The position numbers and the translations under genes were made by a program. From Desulfomonilia bacterium (GTDB lineage: Bacteria; Desulfobacterota; Desulfomonilia; UBA1062): 64,000 nucleotides of DNA. Where the stretch lies: contig CAXXDQ010000002.1 in assembly GCA_963664325.2 (NCBI GenBank), positions 1-64,000 of the forward strand. The letters run 5' to 3'. Under the pieces are notes generated by a model. The model saw only the letters and a program-made list of their open reading frames with translations, ran no database searches and was not told the origin of the DNA. Positions 35,459 to 45,689 of this stretch are shown here, piece after piece; the first letter of the stretch is position 1, and every line of letters starts with the position of its first letter.

Positions 35459-35932
35459 ATGCAGAGAACTCCCATTACAAAAAACGGCTATCAGGTGCTC
35501 AGAGACGAGTTGGATAATATCAAGAAGGTTGAACGGCCCAAGGTCATAGCAGCCATTGAAGAAGCCCGCGGGCATGGGGATCTTTCGGAAAATGCGGAAT
35601 ACCAGTATGCAAAAGAAAAGCAGGCATTCATTGAGACAAGAATACAGGAACTTGAAACAAAGCTTGCCACTGCCGAAATAATTGATACTTCAAAGATACC
35701 CAAGGATAAAGTCGTATTCGGATCAAAATTTATTGTCTGCAATACAGAAACCGATGAAGAAACCACTTATCAGATTGTGGGCGTGGACGAATCTGATATC
35801 GGTAAAGGACTCATTTCTATCGCATCGCCGCTTGCTAAGGCCCTTATCGGCAAGAAACCCGGAGATACCGCGGTGTTCAAGTCGCCTGCAGGCGAGAAAG
35901 AATATGAGGTACTTGAAATTATTGCCGGATAA
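35459..35932 (+). CDS. greA: Transcription elongation factor GreA
   Basis: ARGHGDLSENAEY, ISIASPLAKALIGK. Confidence 0.97.
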   Translation: MQRTPITKNGYQVLRDELDNIKKVERPKVIAAIEEARGHGDLSENAEYQYAKEKQAFIETRIQELETKLATAEIIDTSKIPKDKVVFGSKFIVCNTETDEETTYQIVGVDESDIGKGLISIASPLAKALIGKKPGDTAVFKSPAGEKEYEVLEIIAG

Positions 35933-36710
35933 CCGTATCAGGCTTCAGGAATATATGGGGGTAGTTTAAGGATTCTCCGGCAATTATTTCAACGCTTGTG
36001 TTATATACACTGTCTATATTTCTTTTTGTAAGAACCTCTGACGGGGTACCTTCGGCAAAAACTTTGCCCTTATCGATAAGTAGAATTTTATCACAGTAGG
36101 CAGCTGCCAGATTAAGATCGTGGACTATCATTAATACTGGTATACCTATCGAAAGGCACTTTCTTTTAATCAGATTAAGCATTATTGACTGATGCCCGAT
36201 ATCAAGATGGGAGGTTGGTTCATCCAGCATAAGGATCTCAGGCTCCTGGGCCAGGGCCTGTGATATATAAACGCGCTGGAGTTCGCCACCGGAGAGTTCG
36301 TCGATCTTTTTTTCGACAAGTGCCTCAAGCTTCATGGAGAGCAGGGATTCTTCAATAATCTTATGATCAGAGGATTGGAGCATTCCGAAACGACCCCTTT
36401 TAGGGTACCTGCCCATCTGAACGAATTCCTTAACCCTGAAAGGGAAGAAGGCTTCCTGAAATTGGGGAACGGCCGCCATTGTGCATGCAAGTTCGCGCCT
36501 TGACATATGGTAAATATCTTTGCCTTTTAATCTAATGCTCCCCTTCCATGGTTTTAAAACGCCGCTTGCGGCTTTGAATAATGTAGATTTGCCGGCACCA
36601 TTGGGACCTATTATTCCATAAAATGTTCCCGGGCTTATCTTGAATGACAGATCATAAATAACAATCTTTTTATCATACCCGATTGTCAGGTCTGAAATAT
36701 CAAGAATCAT
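35919..36710 (-). CDS. ABC transporter ATPase (BtuD/FepC type)
   Basis: GPNGAGKS, LSGGE, LDEPTSHLD, HDLNLA. Confidence 0.93.
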   Translation of the reverse strand: MILDISDLTIGYDKKIVIYDLSFKISPGTFYGIIGPNGAGKSTLFKAASGVLKPWKGSIRLKGKDIYHMSRRELACTMAAVPQFQEAFFPFRVKEFVQMGRYPKRGRFGMLQSSDHKIIEESLLSMKLEALVEKKIDELSGGELQRVYISQALAQEPEILMLDEPTSHLDIGHQSIMLNLIKRKCLSIGIPVLMIVHDLNLAAAYCDKILLIDKGKVFAEGTPSEVLTKRNIDSVYNTSVEIIAGESLNYPHIFLKPDTVIRQ

Positions 36711-37693
36711 GTAATCTCCTCTCCGTGCCAGAGAAGCATGAACAGGAAGAACAAGCCCCCCATGATACCTGTTATTACACCGACAGGCAACTCAAGGGGA
36801 GAAATGACTGTACGTGCAATGGTATCCGAAAGTACGAGCAATGCTGCACCCGCTATCATTGATGAAGGGAGAAGCAGCCTGTGATCCGGTCCGATTATCT
36901 TTCTCATGACATGTGGCACGATAAGACCCATAAAGCTGATCACCCCTGCCACGGCAACACAGGCCCCGGTTATCAAAGAAGAGATGAAAAACAGGACAGC
37001 CCTGGCAGATTTGACGTTTAAACCAAGATACATGGCTTTTTCATCACCCAGACTCAGTATATTGACATCACGTGAAAAGAGAATCAATGCCAGGACAAGA
37101 GGCAGCACGAAATAAACCATAATCCTTATGGAATCTTTGCTTGGTGCGCTCAGGCTTCCCATGAGCCACATGACAGATGCATATACATCCCTTGTCGTTG
37201 AAAGAGAAAAAAGGAGCATCATTATGGACGAAAGCAGAAAACCGATAATGACGCCACATAATATCAGCATCGTGTTGGAAAAACCTTTTATCGATGCAAG
37301 CCCTAATATCAGAAAAATTGTCAATAGGCATCCGAGGAAACACATTCCCACCATTGCAGCCCCTGATAACCCCATCATTATGGAGATTGTCGCACCAAGA
37401 GCCCCGCCGCTCGACACTCCGAGAGTGTACGGTTCTGCGAGAGGATTTCGTAAAACAGCCTGGAAGATTACACCACAGGCGGAAAGGGCTGCACCGACAA
37501 CCATGCCGTTTATAATTCTCGGGATTCTCAGGTCCCAGATTATTGCATTCAACAACGGGCTGCCGCTTTTCCTAAATAATACGGATACCAATCCTTCGGC
37601 TGTAAGGTCGGCGCTGCCTGAAACCAGGGATATTGTTGTTACTACCAAAATCAGGAGAAAAAGAATCATGAAAACAGCAGCAGGCCGCTTCAT
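36707..37693 (-). CDS. FecCD/BtuC-family ABC permease
   Basis: LRIPR, RNPLAEPYTLGVSSG, GLIVPH, ELPVG. Confidence 0.93.
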   Translation of the reverse strand: MKRPAAVFMILFLLILVVTTISLVSGSADLTAEGLVSVLFRKSGSPLLNAIIWDLRIPRIINGMVVGAALSACGVIFQAVLRNPLAEPYTLGVSSGGALGATISIMMGLSGAAMVGMCFLGCLLTIFLILGLASIKGFSNTMLILCGVIIGFLLSSIMMLLFSLSTTRDVYASVMWLMGSLSAPSKDSIRIMVYFVLPLVLALILFSRDVNILSLGDEKAMYLGLNVKSARAVLFFISSLITGACVAVAGVISFMGLIVPHVMRKIIGPDHRLLLPSSMIAGAALLVLSDTIARTVISPLELPVGVITGIMGGLFFLFMLLWHGEEIT

Positions 37694-38520
37694 CAGGGTT
37701 TACCTGCCAGTATTGATGAAACAAGCTTTAAGCCGTCAACGAATCTTGTCGGTGTAGCCTGGCATACCCTGTCGGCCTGTACTGTGAATATCCTTCCCTT
37801 TGATACGGCGTTTATTCCTTTCATCGGTTTCCAGATATCAGCGCCGGCGCCCATACCGGATATGACAATTATTACGTCCGGATTCCTTAACAGTACCTCC
37901 TCCATACTGACTCGAGGATACTTGGTTTTTATGTCGCCGAAGATATTGGTGCATCCTGACAGTCTTATAAAATCATTTGCAAAGGTAGCACCGCCTGCAG
38001 CCACAATGGGGTTTGTTCCTATCTGCCACAGGACTTTGTATTTTCTTGAGAGGGTCCCGGCGCTGATGGAGTAAACCTCTTTCCTGCATTTCTCAACGAT
38101 CCGTTCCGCATCTTTCTGCCGGCCTGTCAATTTTCCCAGCTTTATGAACTCAATACACATGCAATCAAAGTTCTCGCAGCCTTCGATAATCTCTACCCTG
38201 AACCCCATGGACAATAGTTTTTCTATATCTTTTTTCCTGTTTGCATCTTTTCCGGCAATAATCAAATCGGGTTTAAGGAGAATTATTTTTTCGAGATTTA
38301 TGTCAGTCAGGTTGCCGATAATTTCTTTTTTATTTCCCGGGTTAATGCAGTATCTGGTGACGCCTATCAGATTTTTCTGAGCCCCAAGGTCATACAGCTC
38401 GCTTGTGATCGCCGGTGAAAGCGAGATGATCCTGACGGGTGCGGCCAGGGCTGCTGATGCCGCAGTGGCAAACAACCAGTAAACCAGAATAATGAATGTC
38501 AGGATTAGAAATCTTCTCAT
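37693..38520 (-). CDS. Cobalamin/iron-chelate substrate-binding protein (BtuF-like)
   Basis: RIISLSPAITSELY, EKIILLKPDL, EEVLLRNPDVI. Confidence 0.88.
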   Translation of the reverse strand: MRRFLILTFIILVYWLFATAASAALAAPVRIISLSPAITSELYDLGAQKNLIGVTRYCINPGNKKEIIGNLTDINLEKIILLKPDLIIAGKDANRKKDIEKLLSMGFRVEIIEGCENFDCMCIEFIKLGKLTGRQKDAERIVEKCRKEVYSISAGTLSRKYKVLWQIGTNPIVAAGGATFANDFIRLSGCTNIFGDIKTKYPRVSMEEVLLRNPDVIIVISGMGAGADIWKPMKGINAVSKGRIFTVQADRVCQATPTRFVDGLKLVSSILAGKP

Positions 38521-38615
38521 TCTGGAAAATATATTCGTTAAACATCAACCGTGCAAGAAATTATACATCCTTTGTGTTATATTCCAGACAAGCGAGGGTT
38601 TTAACCGGAGGTCAT

Positions 38616-39848
38616 ATGATCTATGCGGCCATGGCAACAGGTCTTATAATCGGGTTTATTATAGGCTGGCTTGTTTCAAGACAGGAGGCAGTTGCGTTAA
38701 AGGCGTCTCTTAATGCCCAGATATCGAGCATTGAAGATGCAAGGACCAGGATGTCCGAAAGTTTTGGAAGTGCTGCTACGGAGGCTCTGAAAGCCAACAG
38801 CATTCTGTTTATAGATCAGGCCAGGGGTGTTCTTGAAACCTTGATTGAACAGTCAAAAGGCGATCTTTCGGTCAGACAGGAGGCAATAGCAGGCATTGTT
38901 AAACCCCTTGGAGATGCCCTGACACGGTATGAAGCCTATATCGGCGAGATGGAAAACAAAAGGCATGCATCTTCAGGAGAACTCAAGGCCATGATTGAAC
39001 AAATGTTAAATGCCAATGCAAAGCTGGAAAGCCAGACGCGTTCTCTTACGACCGCTCTAAAGCGCCCTGAAGTCAAAGGCAGATGGGGGGAGATTACCCT
39101 GATGCGTGTAGTTGAGGTCTCCGGAATGAGCCAGTACTGCGATTTTGATGTGCAGCAATCCTCACATACCGAAGAAGGGAGAAAGCGTCCGGATATGATT
39201 GTGAGATTACCCCAGGGACATTCGATCGTTGTTGATTCCAAGGCTCCTCTCGATGCCTATATGGAGGCGATTGATACACAGGATGAGACGATAAGGAAGG
39301 AAAAATTGAACCGCCATGCCCAGAAAGTCCGCCAGCATATGACTTCTCTGTCATCAAAAGAGTACTGGAAGGATTTCAGTCCTGAAACTGAATTTGTTGT
39401 CCTGTTCCTACCCGGGGAAAGCTTTTTCAGCGCGGCACTTGAGCAGGACAGGCAGCTTATCGAGGACGGGATTGCAAAACGCGTCATACTTGCAACGCCC
39501 ACTACTCTCATCGCACTTCTAAGGACTGTTGCCGTCTCATGGCAGCAGCATTCACTTCAAGAGAATGCAAAAGAAATAGGTAAGGCCGGAGTGGAACTTT
39601 TTGACAGACTGTCAACATATGCGGATCATATGAAAAAAATAAGGGACGGGCTGCAGAAGGCTGTTAATGCATTCAATCAGGCTGCAGGTTCCTGGGAATC
39701 AAGGGTTATGCCTTCTGTCAACCGTATGAAAGACCTTGGCGGCAGAGAGGCTGAAGAAGGCATATCGTCAATTGATCATGTTGACGGTTACATAAAGACA
39801 ATAAAGGGTGAGACTGAAGATGGGATTCCTGGCAACAACGAAGGATGA
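38616..39848 (+). CDS. rmuC: DNA recombination protein RmuC
   Basis: KGRWGE, RPDMIVRLP, VVDSK, FVVLFLPGE, TPTTLIALL. Confidence 0.93.
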   Translation: MIYAAMATGLIIGFIIGWLVSRQEAVALKASLNAQISSIEDARTRMSESFGSAATEALKANSILFIDQARGVLETLIEQSKGDLSVRQEAIAGIVKPLGDALTRYEAYIGEMENKRHASSGELKAMIEQMLNANAKLESQTRSLTTALKRPEVKGRWGEITLMRVVEVSGMSQYCDFDVQQSSHTEEGRKRPDMIVRLPQGHSIVVDSKAPLDAYMEAIDTQDETIRKEKLNRHAQKVRQHMTSLSSKEYWKDFSPETEFVVLFLPGESFFSAALEQDRQLIEDGIAKRVILATPTTLIALLRTVAVSWQQHSLQENAKEIGKAGVELFDRLSTYADHMKKIRDGLQKAVNAFNQAAGSWESRVMPSVNRMKDLGGREAEEGISSIDHVDGYIKTIKGETEDGIPGNNEG

Positions 39849-41475
39849 ATTAAGGGGCAGAGACCCTGACATCATAATAGTTACCGGTGATGCCTATGTT
39901 GACCACCCGTCATTCGGGGCGGCAATCATCGGCCGTATTCTGGAAAAGGCCGGCTATCATGTGGCTATACTATCCATGCCCGACTGGAAGGACCCCGAAT
40001 CGATAACAGCTTTGGGCAGGCCGAGGCTTTTCTTCGGTGTCACATCAGGTAATGTCGATTCAATGCTCAGCCTTTATACTGCGTTCAAAAAAAGGCGCTC
40101 CGATGATCCGTATGTGCCTGGCGGTAATTCAGGCAGAAAGCCGGAGCATGCCATTATAAGTTACTGCAACCTGATTAAGGCAAAATTCAAGGATGTTCCA
40201 CTAGTTATCGGCGGGATCGAAGCCTCCATGAGAAGGCTTGTCCATTATGATTTCTGGGATAACAGATTAAGGCGTTCAATTATCGAAGACTCCCGTGCAG
40301 ATATTCTTGCATACGGCATGGCGGAAACAGCTGTTGTTGAAATTGCCGACAGGATAGCCGCTAATAAATCGCTTGAGGGGATACCGGGCACTCTGGTTAT
40401 GGAAGGAAAACCACCCGAGAATGCTGTTCTGCTTCCTTCCGAGGAAGAATCAATGGGAAATCAGGGCGCATTCCTGGAGACTTACAGGATTTTTTATGAA
40501 AACCAGGACAGGATTGTATCCCAGAAGACAGGCTCCCGGTTTCTTGTCTATTATCCTCAACAAATTATGTCTCAGAAACAGATTGATGCGATCTATTCTC
40601 TGCCCTTCATGTATGCACCGCACCCTTCATACAAGGAACCAGTGCCGGCATTTGAAATGATTTTTGGTTCAATCAATGCACATAGAGGTTGTGTTTCGGG
40701 ATGTTCTTTCTGCTCGGTAGGGCTTCATCAGGGGAAAAAAATAACTGCAAGAAGTCCGGAATCAGTTCTTGATGAGGCCGGGCGCCTGGCAGGGAACCCC
40801 CTTTTCAGAAGGCACGTAAAGGACATTGGCGGGCCGTCTGCGAATATGTACGGATACAGCTGCAAATCAAACTGGAGGTGCTCCAGGGTAAGCTGCATCC
40901 ATCCTGAATTGTGTGGAAACCTTGAGATAAAATCATTGCCTTGGATAAAACTGCTGGGGGATGTTTCAAAGGTAAATGGCATATCTAATGTGACTGTCGG
41001 TTCAGGTATACGTTATGACCTGTTCATGCGGGATAAGGATTCTTTGCCTGCCTTGAGGGCCCTTATCAGAAAGCATATCAGCGGTCAGCTAAAAATTGCC
41101 CCTGAACACACAGTTCGACATGTTCTCCTGGCAATGAGGAAGACCCCTGTGTTTGACCTGAGAGAATTTGCAGGCATGTTTAGAAATGAGACAGAAAAAA
41201 TACTTAAAAAACAATACCTGCTGCCTTATCTGATGTCCTGCCATCCAGGGTGTTCAAGAGATGATATGCTTGCCATGAAAAAGGATATTAAGGCTGTATT
41301 CGGCTTCCTGCCGGAACAGGTTCAGGCATTCATTCCTCTTCCCATGACACTTTCATCGGCGATGTATTTCACAGGCCTCGATCCCTTGTCGGGAGACCGG
41401 TATCAAACAAACAGAACCACTGAAGAAAGAAGGATACAGCACAACGTAATTACTAAGAAAAGACCTATTTCATGA
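39820..41475 (+). CDS. YgiQ-family radical SAM protein
   Basis: VTGDAYVDHPSFG, RGCVSGCSFC, GGPSANMY, APEH. Confidence 0.93.
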   Translation: MGFLATTKDELRGRDPDIIIVTGDAYVDHPSFGAAIIGRILEKAGYHVAILSMPDWKDPESITALGRPRLFFGVTSGNVDSMLSLYTAFKKRRSDDPYVPGGNSGRKPEHAIISYCNLIKAKFKDVPLVIGGIEASMRRLVHYDFWDNRLRRSIIEDSRADILAYGMAETAVVEIADRIAANKSLEGIPGTLVMEGKPPENAVLLPSEEESMGNQGAFLETYRIFYENQDRIVSQKTGSRFLVYYPQQIMSQKQIDAIYSLPFMYAPHPSYKEPVPAFEMIFGSINAHRGCVSGCSFCSVGLHQGKKITARSPESVLDEAGRLAGNPLFRRHVKDIGGPSANMYGYSCKSNWRCSRVSCIHPELCGNLEIKSLPWIKLLGDVSKVNGISNVTVGSGIRYDLFMRDKDSLPALRALIRKHISGQLKIAPEHTVRHVLLAMRKTPVFDLREFAGMFRNETEKILKKQYLLPYLMSCHPGCSRDDMLAMKKDIKAVFGFLPEQVQAFIPLPMTLSSAMYFTGLDPLSGDRYQTNRTTEERRIQHNVITKKRPIS

Positions 41476-41494
41476 ATTAGTTGCAATTTGCAGT

Positions 41495-41521
41495 TAAAGC
41501 TTTGCTCCTAACATCCGATAT
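41495..41521 (+). promoter_or_regulatory. sigma28 (FliA) promoter
   Basis: TAAAGCTT-N11-TCCGATAT vs consensus TAAAGTTT-N11-GCCGATAA, directly upstream of the FlgM-like gene. Confidence 0.75.
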
Positions 41522-41543
41522 GTAAAATTAGAAGGAGCAAATC

Positions 41544-41993
41544 GTGGAAGTAAAAAGCATCAAAGTAGCCAATATTAAAAAAACCTATGAAAAGTTAAAG
41601 GCTCAAATTGAAAACCGAAAGAATGTCGATGCAGATAAGGAAATTATTAATATCTCCATAAATGCAGCGGACCGTGTCTTCGGGGAGCTGATGGAAAATT
41701 CAATTAAAAAGTCTCTCGGCATTAAGCCTGCCGGAAATAAGGCAGGTGTTGCCAGAAATGATAGAAAATCCTTTCGTCATTATGTGGACAGAGCAGGCCT
41801 GATCTCAAAGACCGCCCGGCACGGAGGAGCTCTCGAAATGAACAACATCATGAACAGGATTGATGAAATGCCGGATATACGTGTAAATGTAGCGGATGAT
41901 ATACTAATTAAAATAAACGAAGGTACTTACGAGACAGACTATTTGATTATTGCAGAAAAGCTATTAAGTCATGATATAGTGATGCGTATTTAG
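41544..41993 (+). CDS. flgM: FlgM-like anti-sigma28 factor with long N-terminus
   Basis: C-terminal MPDIRVNVADDILIKINEGTYETDYLIIAEKLL matches the FlgM signature. Confidence 0.7.
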   Translation: MEVKSIKVANIKKTYEKLKAQIENRKNVDADKEIINISINAADRVFGELMENSIKKSLGIKPAGNKAGVARNDRKSFRHYVDRAGLISKTARHGGALEMNNIMNRIDEMPDIRVNVADDILIKINEGTYETDYLIIAEKLLSHDIVMRI

Positions 41994-43180
41994 CTTTGGT
42001 AGATCAGCTTAATTTCTTCAACGAGCTCAGTATCAGACCTGTTTAACTTGACCACAAAAATATTCTTTTTAACAGAACCGTCCTCCATCAGGCCGATTGT
42101 GCCTGTAAGGTACATTTCATTGTCAATTTTTGAAAGCTGGGAGATCATATCAGCCTTGGTTTCCTGAGCATGGACCGCTGCATCAACTAACAGGAAAAGG
42201 GCATCTGCTGAAATAAGCACCCCTGTTTCAGGTGCTATTTTTTCACTTGATAAAATTTCCAGCAAACGCTTGCAACGTTCATTTTTTGTGGGCTGGAAGG
42301 AAAAATCGCTTATCAGGTAAATTCCAGCGATTCCTCTTAACGAGTCAAGGATTTCTTCATTCTGTGGAGATTGTATAAAAAGCACGGGGGCTTTGATGTT
42401 GTTTTTTCTGAGAATCTTTGCAATCTCGGATGTTTTCTTATTGGCATTGGGAATAAGAATAAGGGATGGATCCTTTTCCCTCAAATGTGAAATCCTGCTT
42501 GCAGTTTCCTTTTCATTCGTGCCGTAAATATCGACGATTTTACCGCCGGATTTGGTGAATTCTTTTAAGAACAGGGTTACTGATTTGATGCTGCCGGCAT
42601 CTTCTGAATCGAAGATGACTGCTATCCGGTTTGCCTTCATTGTTGATATGATGAAATGCAATGAGGCCTGGACCAGCTCATTTGAAGAAGGCAGCAGCCT
42701 CCAGATGCCATCGCAGGTTTTTGGAACAGTATCAGGGCTGTTGATAATTATTATTGGTACCTGAATCTGCTCTCGGGTTTGATTTTTTTTATTTACTCCG
42801 GGACAGTACAAACGGCCCAGCTCCATGGCTTCTTTTCCATATGCAATTAAAATTATTCCTGCCACATCCTCCTTTGCCATGGTGCTTATTGCCTCGATGG
42901 TCGTCTTATAATCTCCCCCCGAGTCTCTTGCTATTATCGTTATATTTCTGCCGGAAACTGCAGGTGCCGTTTTAATGGCGGCTTTAACAGCAGCAAGATT
43001 TTTTCTGGCGATTGATTCATAAGGCCCGGCGGCAGGTAGAATGATGCCTATTCTTAAAGGCTGCATTCCGGAGATCGATCTGATCCCTTCAGATTGACCA
43101 TCTTTGAGACAGCCCTGAACAGCAATCAGGATAAGTATTGATAATGCCGGAAAAATCAAAATGGATTCAATCTTTTTCAT
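41990..43180 (-). CDS. Branched-chain-amino-acid-type periplasmic binding lipoprotein
   Basis: VQGC lipobox; LRIGIILPAAGPY; RIAVIF; GGKIV. Confidence 0.75.
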   Translation of the reverse strand: MKKIESILIFPALSILILIAVQGCLKDGQSEGIRSISGMQPLRIGIILPAAGPYESIARKNLAAVKAAIKTAPAVSGRNITIIARDSGGDYKTTIEAISTMAKEDVAGIILIAYGKEAMELGRLYCPGVNKKNQTREQIQVPIIIINSPDTVPKTCDGIWRLLPSSNELVQASLHFIISTMKANRIAVIFDSEDAGSIKSVTLFLKEFTKSGGKIVDIYGTNEKETASRISHLREKDPSLILIPNANKKTSEIAKILRKNNIKAPVLFIQSPQNEEILDSLRGIAGIYLISDFSFQPTKNERCKRLLEILSSEKIAPETGVLISADALFLLVDAAVHAQETKADMISQLSKIDNEMYLTGTIGLMEDGSVKKNIFVVKLNRSDTELVEEIKLIYQS

Positions 43181-43257
43181 TTGCAGTTCTTCTTATTCAA
43201 AATGCCTGATTTTTCCAAGTGTTAAATTATTTATCAGGATGTCAAACCATCTTTATT

Positions 43258-44037
43258 ATGTTATTGGATGAGAAAAATATTGAGGTGCTTGAGTTGCCGT
43301 ACATAGAAATCTCGGGAAACAGATTTGAAGCCGATCTCATAATATTTGATAAAGACGGTACACTCGTTGATTTTAGAGGGACCTGGCTCAACCTTTTCAG
43401 GGAACTGACAAAGCACTTGTTAACCAAAACGGGCCTGAGTGAAAACCTGTCAGACAGGATACAGGATGCACTCGGCATGGACTTTGAGAAATGGGAAATC
43501 GACGGCAACGGCCCGCTGGCTATGGGGACTTCGTTTGAAGTTGAAAATCTTCTCGCGGGATGCGTTTACAGGGAAGGCATCAGATGGGACACTTCAGTAG
43601 AAACCGTAAAAGAAACGATCAAGGAAGTTTTCACTGGCCCGATCAGGGAAAGGAACTTGAAACCTTCAAAAGGCGCGATAGAAATATTGAGGCTAGTCAA
43701 GCAAAGGGGATTTTTGACGGCAGTGGCTACTAATGATAATACACTCGATGCAACAAATGACATGAATGCCATTGGCGCGCTTCCTTACCTTGACCTTGTC
43801 GTAGGGGCGGACAGCGTAAGAAACACCAAGCCTGCACCCGACATGATCTTCCACATATGCGATCTGCTCGGAAAGAAACCGGAAAATTCGGTCATGATCG
43901 GTGACACCATGATGGACGTGATTATGGGTGCCAACGCCGGGGTTAAACTCAATATAGGCATTGCCGAGATAGTTCCGGCAGAGGATCTGGCAACAAAAAC
44001 CGATATTGTCATCAGGGGCATGGACGAAATCGGTTAG
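43258..44037 (+). CDS. HAD-superfamily phosphatase
   Basis: IFDKDGTL, ATND, KPAPD, MIGDTMMD; exact start uncertain. Confidence 0.9.
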   Translation: MLLDEKNIEVLELPYIEISGNRFEADLIIFDKDGTLVDFRGTWLNLFRELTKHLLTKTGLSENLSDRIQDALGMDFEKWEIDGNGPLAMGTSFEVENLLAGCVYREGIRWDTSVETVKETIKEVFTGPIRERNLKPSKGAIEILRLVKQRGFLTAVATNDNTLDATNDMNAIGALPYLDLVVGADSVRNTKPAPDMIFHICDLLGKKPENSVMIGDTMMDVIMGANAGVKLNIGIAEIVPAEDLATKTDIVIRGMDEIG

Positions 44038-44184
44038 GACACGATAAAAACTCCTTTTTGCTTTCAATATTACAAAAGATCGGCAAGGATATAACGATTA
44101 AAGGGTACAGTTTCAGAATCCTGAAGACTCGTGAAACAGCAAGCAATTATAGCGGATGAATACGAACCGGAAAAAGGAGACAAT

Positions 44185-45675
44185 ATGTCTGACTATGATG
44201 CCATAGTAATTGGTGCGGGAAATGGCGGTCTTACTGCTGCAGTCGGTCTTGCAAGAAAAGGACATAAGGTGCTTCTCCTTGAAAGGCACAATGTCCCTGG
44301 AGGTTGTGCTACAAGCTTTATCAGGGGAAGATTCGAATTCGAAGTAGCCCTCCACCAGTTGAGCGGACTGGGACTTCCTGAATTCCCGGGGCCGTTAAGG
44401 GGTGTTTTAAGCGATTTGGGGGTGCTTGATAAAATCGAGTTCGTCCAGCAGAAAAACCTTTACCGCATAGTGGTTCCTTCCCGGATGGATATAACCCTGA
44501 AGGCTGATAGATCGGCAATTGAAGAAACACTGGCAGAAAGGTTTCCTTCAGAAAAGAATGGCATCAGGAAATTCTTTGACCTTGTTTATGCGTTCTCGAT
44601 GGAAATGGTCGGGGTCCTTTTCATGCATGACCAGAAAGCATGCCCAGAAAAGTACCCGTTGTTCTTCAGCCTGGCGCTCAAGGAAACACAGCCCATACTG
44701 GATCAGTATCTCAAGGATCCGCTTCTGCAGGCCGCTGTTGCCATATACTGGGGATATGCGGGGCTTCCTCCCAGCAGGCTGAGTTTTATGGATTTTGCCA
44801 TTATGCTGTGGGCATATATCGAGTTCAAACCCTGGCATATGAAAGGCGGGTCGCAGGCGATGTCAAATGCATTATGTGATACCTTCCTCGAGTATGGCGG
44901 TCATGCGCGTTTCAATTGTGCCGCAAAGAAGATCATTCTGGAAAACGGCAGAATAAAATCTGTTATTACGGAAGATGGAGATGAGATACCAACCCGGGTC
45001 GTAGTGTCAAATGCAGGACCCATACCCACGCTTATTGATATGGTGGGAGCCGATAACTGTCCCGCAGCTGAAGTAAAAATGCTTAATTCAAGGACAGTCG
45101 GACTTTCTGCATTTACTCTGTACCTCGGTTTTGACTGCAATCCGTCTGAGCTCGGTATTGAGAAGGCGACTAATTTCATCTGTTCGTCGACTGATCCGGA
45201 GAAGGCATATCTGAGCATGAAAACGCTTAATCCTGCCGATTATACGCTCCTGACGTGCTATGACGTAGATGATCCCGATTTTTCCCCCGAAGGCGCCTGC
45301 CAGGCGTCTCTGGTAACACTTCAGTATGCCGAGCCATGGATGAGCGTATCACCTTCCCGTTATTATGATATGAAGTACCGTTATGCAGAACATATGCTGA
45401 AACTTGCGGAAAAGGTGTTTCCTGATATGAGGAAGCATATTGAAGAGGCTGAACCTGCAACACCGCTTACCCATATGCGTTATCTGGGCCATCCGGGCGG
45501 GTCAATCTACGGTTCGGATCACTTTACAAGGGAGAACAGCATGTTCGTTAATTCCAAGTCGGAAATCGAGGGGCTTTATTATACGGGTGCATGGAACGGC
45601 GCTGGCGGATTCCAGCCGACACTTCAGTCCGGGGCATCAATTGCAAGGGCTGCTTCAAGGATGCTTAGTGTTTAG
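44185..45675 (+). CDS. Phytoene-desaturase/retinol-saturase-family FAD oxidoreductase
   Basis: IGAGNGGL, ERHNVPGGCATSF, GGSQAMS, ATPLT, GGSIYG. Confidence 0.9.
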   Translation: MSDYDAIVIGAGNGGLTAAVGLARKGHKVLLLERHNVPGGCATSFIRGRFEFEVALHQLSGLGLPEFPGPLRGVLSDLGVLDKIEFVQQKNLYRIVVPSRMDITLKADRSAIEETLAERFPSEKNGIRKFFDLVYAFSMEMVGVLFMHDQKACPEKYPLFFSLALKETQPILDQYLKDPLLQAAVAIYWGYAGLPPSRLSFMDFAIMLWAYIEFKPWHMKGGSQAMSNALCDTFLEYGGHARFNCAAKKIILENGRIKSVITEDGDEIPTRVVVSNAGPIPTLIDMVGADNCPAAEVKMLNSRTVGLSAFTLYLGFDCNPSELGIEKATNFICSSTDPEKAYLSMKTLNPADYTLLTCYDVDDPDFSPEGACQASLVTLQYAEPWMSVSPSRYYDMKYRYAEHMLKLAEKVFPDMRKHIEEAEPATPLTHMRYLGHPGGSIYGSDHFTRENSMFVNSKSEIEGLYYTGAWNGAGGFQPTLQSGASIARAASRMLSV

Positions 45676-45689
45676 CCAGGGAGGCGGTT

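Noticed and set aside
38520-38616. Cobalamin riboswitch ahead of the btuFCD-like operon
   Set aside because: Under 100 bp separates it from divergent rmuC, and no B12-box is visible.
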